Shown in pieces: positions 24,801-36,800 of a stretch of 64,000 nt of DNA (positions within the stretch are counted from its first letter, which is position 1; every line of letters starts with the position of its first letter). The position numbers were made by a program, and so were the translations under genes. The notes under the pieces were generated by a model. It was not told where the DNA came from, searched no databases, and saw only the letters and a program-made list of their open reading frames with translations. The stretch is from Phoronis australis. Taxonomy: Eukaryota > Animalia > Phoronida. The stretch covers positions 381,086 to 445,085 of the forward strand of contig NMRA01000099.1 of the NCBI GenBank assembly GCA_002633005.1, in the 5' to 3' direction.

Positions 24801-27800
24801 TCATGATGGCTGGGCGTGATAAGCCATATTCATAAACAGAGCAGTCGTGCCTCGTGACCAAGAATGAAGGGATATTAACAAAGAATATCTAAGTCATTCT
24901 GTAATAAGAAGCTTGCCAAGAGTTATCACCAGTCGTTTTTACTGTTAACAGGACTAGCCATCACGACAGACAAACATTACTTTGTCAGATTAGTTTTGTC
25001 TTGCACTGTATTTGAAAAATTTTGCTTTAAAGGCCACCACGATTCTTTTATTATAAATTCTGTTTCTAAATATAATTGATATTGCAAGAATGAAGTCAAC
25101 AAAAACGACGTGTTGACTAGGAGATAATTTTAGAATATGTCATAAAATAGTAAAAAAGTAGATTCTTAACTCTGATATAATTTCATTTCCTAGATTTATA
25201 GGAAAGCAACCATTCTTTAAAGGTACAACGGGACTAACCCATTGTTTGGCATGGCTGTTTTGCTACATACGTCATACTTTCATATTTACCAATGCATACA
25301 TTGCAGTTGTCAAAGCACTTCTAGACCCTATGTTGCAATAGCACCTCATGCATTCATGGACACTCAATGCTTCTATGCAAAGCTGTATGAATGTACTCTG
25401 TTCAAATACATCTCTATTAGGGTTCAAAGCAAAACAGAACTGCCAAGTCTGTGTTTACACTTAAGGTCTATCTCAGTTGATCACCTGATTGGGACTGGTA
25501 GAATCCCATTTTAACTGAATTATCAATGCCTGAGATACCTTTGTGTCATTGCAAGGTGTCTGGTAAACTGCAACTGATGAAAATATCAGGTTGGATATCA
25601 ACTGTAAGCTTCCTCATAAGTTTCAAAAGGAAAATCAATATTCTGTAGGTTGATGGTATACACAGCACCTTACCCACAAACTACGTATTTAATCAAATAT
25701 CTACAAAACTAGTATCAAGATAAGAACATGTGTAATGTACATTTACTGGCCTTGCTTCCATGGGGACAGTATTGTAGGGATGGCACTATTAGGCAATCAA
25801 TTGCTAGAGACCTGAATTAGTCTATAGAATACTGCATCCATCACCTGGGTCATGTTAAATGGTTTGGAACACTGTATTGAAAGCCCTATAGCTACCGCAT
25901 TGAATAATGAAGTGCAATACACTAGTCAGACCTCCAATCTTGTACAATGATGGACAGTGGCTTAATTTGTCGGATTAATATTTGAATATGGAAACCTAGA
26001 GACCCAACAGGTAAGCTGATAGTACAGATTATGAAGAGGCAGCCACTGAGGTACAACAGCATATGCAGTCTAGTCTTGAGGAGTAAACATACGACAACTG
26101 AAAGGGTTGCTCTATTTTGACTAGAACTGCACTGTCTACTTCAGAAATCGTCACTAGTAAAATAAAACAGTTGCATTAACTTCAAGCCTGCTAACATTAG
26201 AAAAGACTTTATTTCACCAAACAAAGGTCAGACTAAGATTTCAATAACAAATCTTCCCAAATGACATCCTGAGAAAGTTCTGTTTGAGGGACCTGAGGCA
26301 GTAACTACCATTTCTCTCGAACGACAACCCCAGAAATGGACCAGTTGTAGGTGACACTCTTTCAGTCACTGCCAATGAGTAATGTAAGGTTCTATTCCCC
26401 TAAAATTTATCTTTTTTTTTTCAAGCACAGGGGGATTTTGCCACTTTCTGAAAACAGCCTGTATGACTTTGAAGACCATTAATTTATGTACCAGACATTT
26501 GTTCACCTCCAACTAGGCGAGACTCACAACCAATTCTTGGGAAATATTTCCAAAAAAGGCTAATAGCTACTAACTACGAGACCTAACTATAAGACCTATG
26601 GTAAAATGTTAACAAAGATTTAGGACATTACATTTTGTACTAAGTGAAATATTACTCATATTGATGTTTTTCATAAAGCACTGGTAGCACCACTTATATA
26701 TAGGCTTCATTATCAAGTCCCATGCCAACGCCATAAGACAATCTTTTGAGAAATTGTGGGTGTTCACACAATGTTAGAACACTTGAAAAATTGACAATTA
26801 TTTTTATCAGAATTTGTGATATTTTACCATAGCCAAAAATTTCATGCCAAACTGTCAAATTCTGACATTTAAGCATACACTGGATAAATACAAATTACAC
26901 AACTTTATCAAATCCAAAGTCTGTATTTCAGAGACTGCTCGCAGACACACACTCAGGTCAACAAGTTTTGAAGAATTAGAAAATGAAAATCAGTAATTCA
27001 TTTACAAGCTTATGAAAGTAGCAAAGAAAACCAAGCCAAGTTCACGAAATAAAGGTGTCTACGAACATCATTTTTTGATCAAAAATAATCCTAGCACAAG
27101 TTTAATCGCTTAATTACGTTATCACAGTGTGACCACTGACACATACATTATCGACTGTCGAATTATGAGCACTCGTTGTTATGTTTTGAGACACGGAGGA
27201 GAAAACCCAATAACAGCAAAGTTCACTTTCATTTGTAATCTTTTGTGCCATGTACTACTGAGGTTTTTTGTGCTCATAAACTTGCATCCAAAACTTTCAT
27301 CTCATTTCTAGGCACGTCAATTTTTACGATTATTTCAGAGCTTTGAAAAATTTATCGTATGAATGCAGAAATTGTGGAATTGTTAGCTGTCTTCACAAGA
27401 GCGAAAATTTTGCATGAAAAATTCCGGCAAAATTTTCCACAAACAAGACTCGTGCACCAGTGTTTGCAATGTAAGGCAATCAAAGAAGGTGTACGAACGG
27501 TGACTGTGACTACCTATTGAAATATGGTCAATAGCATTCATGTAACTCGAAATCTCACTAATTTTGGACAAAAGGTTTTTTTTCACTTTTCAAGGGCTTC
27601 TAACATCATATTGAATGTCCACAATTTTTCAAAATATTGTGGCGCTACTGCATCTTTTATGGAAAAATGAGAAAATATCATGTCCTAAATTAGTGAGATA
27701 TTACCATACTTTAAACTTGTAAGCAGGCCCATTCTACTTCAAATTTAGTAGATTGAAACTAAAGATTTTTTTTCATTCTTTCAGAATGCCAGTTAAGAAG

Positions 27801-30800
27801 ATCCACGTTGAGCACTCCGATGAGCTTCCAGCCAATGTCGTCACAGTTAGAACGACTAAAAAAATAATTCGCCGTGTGCCAAAGGACAAAGGTGACTCAT
27901 TCAAGGCTACGGATACCAACCCTAATGGAGAGGAGAGCAGCAATCCGGTCACCAATACAGACACTCTAAAACAGATTGGAGTGCTGAAAGGCACAAACGC
28001 GAGGGTGTCACAGAAAACAAGAGTGACAAAAACTACAACAGTTCGTAAGCACAGGGTTTCAGAGAGTAAGCTAACCAACTGGGTGGCAGTGGACACGACT
28101 CAGCGAATGTCTCATCAGGACAACGTTGCCCAAGTAACCACAGGAAGAGCGGTTGCAATACAGATCACCGAAAAACCGTTGTCGCAAATATGGAACAGGC
28201 TAAACAGGATTATTCCGCAGATGCTTTTTGGCTTCAATTTAATTGTGAGCGTGATCGACATTAGTCTGGACCCCACATTTTTACATTTTAAAATACCAGC
28301 TTTAATCATTTCAGTGCTGGAAAACGTGATATTGGCTGGGACGTGGTTTTTCAAGAACACCTCGTACTACAAGAATGCAGACGACTACAAAAAGAAAAGC
28401 CTAGACAAACAGTTCCAATATTTAGAGAATATTATTCAAGAAGTTCTGATGTATCCGTCAATAATGTGCACAACATTTTCGATCGTGGTGGGTCGGACCT
28501 ACAATCCAAACACCCCTCAAGCAACTTTAGAACTTATTCTTTTGACTTTTGATGTGATGGCCCTGACGTACATCTACGGCATTCGAATATACATGGCCAG
28601 GAAGATCATGCTGTCAATTCGAAAACAGATCAATACTGCCCATGAATGTCTGTTATGCCACATAACAACAAGATTTTTTATTGTACTCATATTCAACTCA
28701 GTTCTATTCGGTGCCTTGCTTGGGATGTTGGCCCTTCAAATTCACACGGAAAATAGCACTGCCGCCACGGCGAATTACTCGTGTTCCGGCTGGACTGTCG
28801 TGATGATACTAGGAACGTTAGTCTTGCCATTAACGGGCGTCGCCTTGTTCTGCGTGGCCAATTATTATTGGCTGCTCGAGATGTTCATATCAATAAACCT
28901 CAATGTATCCAAATCCAACGATGAAATCTACAATACCGCGGAGGAAGTTGAAGCACCCGTTACGAAAACCATTTTGGAATATACACTAAAGAACACAGAC
29001 GCTACCAAAGACCGTCTAGAGGATATTCAAAAAACCAGCAGGTCTCAAAAATATTTCTACCCATTAAACGAGTGGAAATGTTGTATTATACTAATCCTGT
29101 ACACGGGTTTTGCTTGTTTGTATGGCGTAGCATTCAACGCCAATTTTTACACGTTTGGTACGCCGTTGCGGTTTCTTTGTGTTCTATTCGTCGGCATCTG
29201 CAACTACCAAGTGGCCAGTTTAGTGCTGGTGATGATCGTGTATACCGGCGCCAACTTGATCTCTTGGCTTGCTCATAAATGTGGCTGCCAGTCATCAGAT
29301 CCAAACGAGCCATTGCCAAGCTACGACGATGACAACGACCGACTTCCTGGCAGTTACCAAAGACAAATGACTGAAGTTGCCTGATTCCCTGACATGAGGT
29401 CGCAATAATGCCTTGATCATTCGCAGCTTCTGGTGCCAACTTGGCAGAAAAATGGTCATATCAGACACCAGTCTCGTGATTATTGGGAGATCACTGGGTC
29501 ACACTAGTGAAACCTTAGAAACCAAACAAATAAGCACAGCATGGTCAGTTAAAAATAAAATTTACAGGACAGGTGGTTTTAAGGACTTAAAAATCCGCGG
29601 ATTTAATGGTGATTTGCTGAATGTGGTCTTTCATTAAGACAATGATGGTTTTAGTTAAAAGCATAGTTTAGTTGAAAATCTGGGTACAGATGGATTTTAC
29701 TTGGAACTGTGATATCGTTTGACAGAGAAATACTTTAGAGCATGTTTTTATTTATTTTCGTAAGAATCTCAATACTTGAAATCAATGATTTCACTACCGC
29801 TGCTCTACTGCTAGATTGAATGTAAATTGAATTGACAATTAAATATAATTTTATCTTTTTTAAATAAATCTTTTCAGTTTTTTTTATCGTTATTCACTCA
29901 GATTTTCCAATAACATTTCAAAACAAAAATGCCACAAGACAATTTTTTTACTTGAGATTTTATCCAATTACATGTTTGACATTTTAATGCATACTTTTGT
30001 CAACTTCCTTGATAATCTATTGAAGATGACTCGCATTGCGAAAATTTTGGAACACAAAATGAAACAACCAAAAGTGGCATTTGGCACAACTAATCAAGTT
30101 TACATAGCACTATATCTCTCACTATTTCCCATGTCACACACACAATAGCTCTATAATACCACGGAGGTTCAGCTAAAAAGCGCTGGGCAGCAATTCAGTC
30201 ATCACTTCCACTAAACAAACATATGTGCAAACATGGACAAACATGAAAACTTCCAGCAATTTATTTCTGAGGAAGGAACACGAAAATATATGATGTGGTA
30301 TTTATGTTCTACTTACTTGGTATAAATAGCACTTATGAATGGCAACTGGACCCCAAAGTTGGTTTTCAAGATATTTTTACCTATTGAGCTTTGTAGACAA
30401 TTAGTTCAATACAAACCCAGTGATGCATTATGCCACAACAGTATAGTCATTATAGGCCCATTCTTAAGGCAAACCATACTCAGCTTTCGGTAGGTTCCCA
30501 AGGGACAAATACACAAGTCCTATTTTAAATTTTCTGTTTTAAAAATATTCCAAAGCAGGAGTACAAAAAATCACTTTGACAAAGGATGGGCAATAAGGAC
30601 CACAAGAGTTAAAATAACTGAACATTGCCACATTTACATTTAATGAACAAGACAGAAAAAAAAATCAACGGATGCTGTTTTTGAGGTTAGGAGCCCCATG
30701 AGGAATTGGGCTCAAGAAACCTGTCAGAATTTTGCTGAAGCCAGTGGTAACAGCAGGTTGAGGCATTGGGACTTCCTCAGGCAGACACGAAAAAAACAAC

Positions 30801-33800
30801 CATTACTCTTAACATGTGAACAGAAACCAATCAAGTCTTCTTTCCAGAGAGGTACCTCTCAAGGTAGGTTTTGTGTCTGGTGATGTAACAACTAGGATCA
30901 TATAACAACAGGTAAGATTGTGAAATGAAAGTGGTAAACTGGGATAACAATTCAGAAGAGTGAAAAAAGCGAGAGCTTAGAAAAATGTCCAGTTATTTCT
31001 TATATTTTCTGGTACGCTTTTGTGTGAACTCAAGCTATGTGTCCGTGTTTGAGAAAATTATGATTTAAGTGGATGATATCCTAACTTCAGTGGATGATAT
31101 CCTAAACCTATTTTGCATGACCTGAGCACTAAAGGCTATAATTTAAAGTCTGAACTCTGAAACCTCGACTTTGTATATGGTTGTATCTCAAATCCAGTGG
31201 TGATTAGGTGCAAACTGAACCAAACACTAATGTAGTACCGTAATCGTTCGGGTTAACGCCCATGCTCAGTTAACCGCCCACCCCTACTTTAGGTGGATTT
31301 TCGATTTAACCGCCCACTGCTCGGTTAACCACCCCCCTGCTATTTTTGAAGATTTCCAATTAAGCGCCCACCTCTCGGTTAAGCGCCCATCCCCTACTTT
31401 TGACGATTGGTGATTACCGCCCTGTGCTAATAGGAAACGCGAATCCCCGACCTTTTAGATTAAGATCGATGATAACATTGAGTGCAACGACGGCCTCAGA
31501 GACCGCGGTTTAGCAATGTGAATTATGATACCAGTAACAAATTATTGTAACGGGTCATCGATTAACTTCAAAATGTAATACTTGAACACTTTGTCACTTT
31601 CTTTTCTTCTCATGTTCGCAAACTNNNNNNNNNNNNNNNNNNNNNNNNNNNNNNNNNNNNNNNNNNNNNNNNNNNNNNNNNNNNNNNNNNNNNNNNNNNN
31701 NNNNNNNNNNNNNNNNNNNNNNNNNNNNNNNNNNNNNNNNNNNNNNNNNNNNNNNNNNNNNNNNNNNNNNNNNNNNNNNNNNNNNNNNNNNNNNNNNNNN
31801 NNNNNNNNNNNNNNNNNNNNNNNNNNNNNNNNNNNNNNNNNNNNNNNNNNNNNNNNNNNNNNNNNNNNNNNNNNNNNNNNNNNNNNNNNNNNNNNNNNNN
31901 NNNNNNNNNNNNNNNNNNNNNNNNNNNNNNNNNNNNNNNNNNNNNNNNNNNNNNNNNNNNNNNNNNNNNNNNNNNNNNNNNNNNNNNNNNNNNNNNNNNN
32001 NNNNNNNNNNNNNNNNNNNNNNNNNNNNNNNNNNNNNNNNNNNNNNNNNNNNNNNNNNNNNNNNNNNNNNNNNNNNNNNNNNNNNNNNNNNNNNNNNNNN
32101 NNNNNNNNNNNNNNNNNNNNNNNNNNNNNNNNNNNNNNNNNNNNNNNNNNNNNNNNNNNNNNNNNNNNNNNNNNNNNNNNNNNNNNNNNNNNNNNNNNNN
32201 NNNNNNNNNNNNNNNNNNNNNNNNNNNNNNNNNNNNNNNNNNNNNNNNNNNNNNNNNNNNNNNNNNNNNNNNNNNNNNNNNNNNNNNNNNNNNNNNNNNN
32301 NNNNNNNNNNNNNNNNNNNNNNNNNNNNNNNNNNNNNNNNNNNNNNNNNNNNNNNNNNNNNNNNNNNNNNNNNNNNNNNNNNNNNNNNNNNNNNNNNNNN
32401 NNNNNNNNNNNNNNNNNNNNNNNNNNNNNNNNNNNNNNNNNNNNGTTAGAGATGTTGATCAAGATCAACTTGTTTGTGATCCAGGAAGAAAAGTTCCGCA
32501 AGGATCTGGAGGACGAGTACGGAGCATTCGTGGAGGGTGTAATAGACTATGCTAGTGAGAACACCATGTCGACGCCGGCGCGTCTCAGAGACATCGAGCT
32601 AGTGCCGTTGTCGCAGCGCATTCTGTATGCACTTAAGGAGTGGTGGATACTTCTGCTTGTGTTTGCCTGGTCTACGCTCATTATTATGTTTGCGGTTCTG
32701 TTTGACAAGACAGCGAATCCAGAGATGAATTACGCGCTGACGGCGGTGTTCATCATTTTAGTTCTCTTGTCCAATCTCCAAGTGACAATAATTGCAATCA
32801 TTGCAAATGGAGTCATGCTAGTCGTGCTCTTTGCGGTAATGCTGTACGGCATTTGCAAACAACGCGGACACTTGAAAACGACGAAACTTACAACAATGCC
32901 GGGGGAGAAAGTGCCAAATAACGAGGAAATCAAAATCAATAGACCTGAATACGTTGACATTCAAATGGATGATTATCCAAATAGCGGAGGCAGACAGGGA
33001 ACTGCCATGACTCGTGATAGCAGCGACACGACATCGACACAGGAGTCAGTTGGGAACTCGCGGTCAGTATCCGCAGTCACTAAAAGTAGAATCTTACAAT
33101 CTCTGAATAGCAGTAGAAGCCAGTCACTAGCGCCATCTGTGCCCAGTGAAAGCGAATGTTTACCAAACTCTGCCGAGACCAAAGCAGAATTAACTAGGAC
33201 GGCATCGTCGAAAACAAAGGACAGCGTTTTACAATCACTAAATAGTCAGAGAGTACACAGTAGACAGTCACATTCTGGGAGCGTCCACGTTGCGGCCCCA
33301 GCAGACGATCCACAAGTGGATTTGGTGGAATAAACTCAACAAGAGTCAAAAGTAAAAATCATGTCGTCTTAAACATAAAGTTGCCATAGTGTGCTTAGTA
33401 TCAGTATTAAGTTGGTTTTCGCCAAAAATCTTGACTATTCGTTGCTTCTGTCATAACTTCCTGAAACCGTCTATAGGTGGGCTGGCGGTATAGTAACACC
33501 ATTTCTGAGAAATCTATTGATCTATTTACACCTTCTCTAGCCCACTTATATTGGCAAGATGTTTTGGTCAGTTATGTCTACGGCCTTCTTCAGGTATTAC
33601 AACAGTCTTAGAAGAATGAGTACAAGATTGCGATACACTCATGGTGGTCCATGATGAAAGAAGTTAACATCATTGACCACCATGACCGTACCATGCACCT
33701 GTGCACATTCTACAAATAACACTGTAGCACCTAAAGAACATCAAACAAATGAGCCACTAAAACCGTTGTGCCAATGGTAACAGGTTGAATAGTCCAATAG

Positions 33801-36800
33801 ATTTAGAAACAGCGTTTCTTCTGCCACGTGCAGAGAGCCACATGGGAGTGATGACTCGTAATGCTGTCTCATTTATGAGGAAACATCTGTGTCAGTGTGT
33901 GCACTATACATAATACCTGACTGCTTTGTTATTGATAAGAGTTTGTATGCCACAAACAAGGTCAGAGGTCTCATGTAACAGAAAATACTAATTTTTAATA
34001 ACAACTTAAAATACATGGTTAATAGAATGTGATTTTTTATAACTTTTAAATGGTATTCGTAAATTCAAAATTGCCCAACATAATAATTATTTAATCAAAC
34101 CAAACCGTGTTGAGTATAAACAATTCAGTTTGCAAAGCTCAATTCATTTTCTAAGTAACTCATATTCTTTCAACAATTCTCTATACGTTATGATAAATTG
34201 GAATGAAATGTCCCAGTAGAATGCCTGGTATCCCACGAGTGTGTGAAACCGCCATTTAATAATCTATTTTCCATGAACAAGTTTGATATACTGGACAGGT
34301 GATCACAAAAATTTAATCATTACATTACTCAACTTAATTAATGGTTATCAGACATGGAAGAAAAAACGACCACTGCTGACAAAACACAGCTCTATAATCC
34401 CACCACAAGTTTACAAATAATATTTTCACACATCGTAGTTAGCAACGGAATGAATGATAACCCCAATCAAAATGTATTAGTGTGAATTCATACCAAGAGA
34501 TGGGGGAGCAAGCAAAACAATCATTTGAAAGTTTCTTTACAAGGATTGTTGTATTCAAGACAGTGAAGTCGACACATGTATAAATCCTTGAGGAGATTTA
34601 ACTTCAATAGCAATTGTAAAGTCACTTAATCCACAATTGAAAGGGTACAACAAATTCTACATATCAAGCTACAATAAACCGTTCTGACATATTCGCAGCG
34701 GCCATTTTTTGTTGTAACCAAATCAATTTGTATGCTGTAAAACCTCACCAATGTCATACAAGAATATTTACCAAAATTGACCTTTTTTCATTTTTCAAGA
34801 TTTACATTGTTGTGAGTGCCCAGAAGTTTTCAAAATTTTGTGTGACGGTACATAACATAAAAATTTGAACACCGTAAAGAATCAATTTTGTATATAACTT
34901 CTGAAAAAGTAAGAATAAAATAAAATTTCAGCTATGGGCCATATTGTTGCATCCTAATTAGGTCATATATTAACGTACGTTGCAGTTGGCTTGGAACTCG
35001 TAGAATGAAAAGTAAAAAGTGAGACAAAATTCATTGCATCATTGTTAAATAATAGAGTGCCCTTTTCCTCAAGTGACGCTGGGTAGTACCTTAAAGCTCT
35101 AACTCTCCTGGCACAGATTTCACGCTCAGCAATTTGTTGCAGCAATTACCTATCACAGTGGGATTCACTGCACTAAAGACTGTGAAACTGAAGTTTCCCA
35201 CTGTTGAAAACAACCCAGGCTATTGATTTGTTAGGGCATAAAGTGCAGTTGCGGCTCCACAAACAACCAAAACCGAAAACTGCAACTTTTCCAAGTACTC
35301 ACTTGGCAAGAGGTGCAATACACAAACAATTTAAGGTATCTCAACAAGAAAACCCAGAAATTATTCAACATATATTAGAGCCTGGGATTCTAACTGTTGT
35401 ACTCGAAATCGTATTCGAAAACATATTAGACATTTTTGGTTCTACTTTAACACGAGATGAATCTTCATTATTCTGTGCTAAAGAATGATATAGTTTACCT
35501 GGATGACTGTCTAACCTTAGTTTGCACTTTATGACTCCGGCATTAACGCTAAAAGTTTGAGTTCGAACTCAAAATTTTGAGTCTTTACTCGCCATCTCAA
35601 GTTTATACTAAAGTTTGTAACTTGAATATAGGGGTCACCTAGTGCTAACTTGGAGTAAAACTCACCTACACAAACCATAATGTATTACGGCAATAGTCCG
35701 ATACAACGTGACCCCATTTTGAGAACTAGTTTGATGCCTGTTCTTCAGTGGAGAAAACTGGTTCACAAAATTCGAGTACATTACAACCGACAACTACAGT
35801 CTATCAGAGCAGAATGGAACACGTCAAAAGCAATTTGAGTTTGACTTTGAGTTTAGAGATTAGATTTTGGGCGATGGTTAAAGTCCATGCGCAAATTCCT
35901 CATGCATTCTGACAAACCTTTAAAGTCAGTGCATCCAGTGACTCACCTTTGCCTTTCTGAGACCACAGTGGGGGGTCCAACTGAGCGTGGGGAAGCAGGC
36001 CTGTCTCCAGACAAGACAGAAAGGCCAGCAGGTGGCCTCCCTTGGGGAAGTGGATAGGTGACCGTTGGACTCCATCTTGACCCACAAGGACAATGGTGCC
36101 ACCACAGTCAGCTGAAAGAGTAAACAATGTTGAATACACAACAATACTGAAGTGAGATTATGTATGTACAGCTTAGCGTCAGAATTTAGTGGGGACTCAG
36201 ACGTATTTCAATGTCCAGTTTGGTTTTGTTTCAATTTTGTGTTAGACAGAAGAAATAATCCAAGTTTTGGAATAAGGCGTGAGTTGGTAATGTCTGTTTT
36301 CTACGTCATGTACTGTCTCTCGGCAGGGACTCGAAAGTGATAATCCTGGTTTGTTAAGTCCAAAACTTGTTTTATCTTATTTCGAAGTCGCAAACATTTG
36401 GGTCACCGCGAGTGTGTGATGCAGTCTCACTGTAACCTACATTTCCAGACATTCACGTTCCCCATACAATAACTACTCACCAATCTATGACACTGTTTTT
36501 TTCATTTTTGCATTCATTAGTAGCACCAAATAAATGGTTTAAATAAGTATTGCCACCACATACCTCTGTGTCAACTTTAAAATCCTTCAGTTGGTTTTCT
36601 AGACATCATACACTCAAAAAAGAGTAACAAGCCACTAGATGGTGCTGCAGCAATCAAATACGTCAGAAAATCGACTGGTGCTAGCACATTGCTACCCCAT
36701 ACCTCTGTGTCAAGTTTCATTAAAATCCATCAATCACTTCTATAGATATCATTCAGATTAATGCTCTTCTACCCAAGAATACTGAAAAAGCCCCTTATCT

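Noticed and set aside
27753-27785. ORF-track start (TTG) of the 543-aa ORF
   Set aside because: These codons are a polypyrimidine tract and acceptor; the ATG at 27786 is the plausible start.
23020-31300. One transposon enclosing and mobilising nested gene 1
   Set aside because: The related termini at 23071 and 31236 belong to elements extending away from the gene, and they are not identical.
31542-32501. 319-aa minus-strand ORF and the N-terminal half of the 583-aa plus-strand ORF
   Set aside because: Artefacts of translating through Ns; only 32446-33333 is real.
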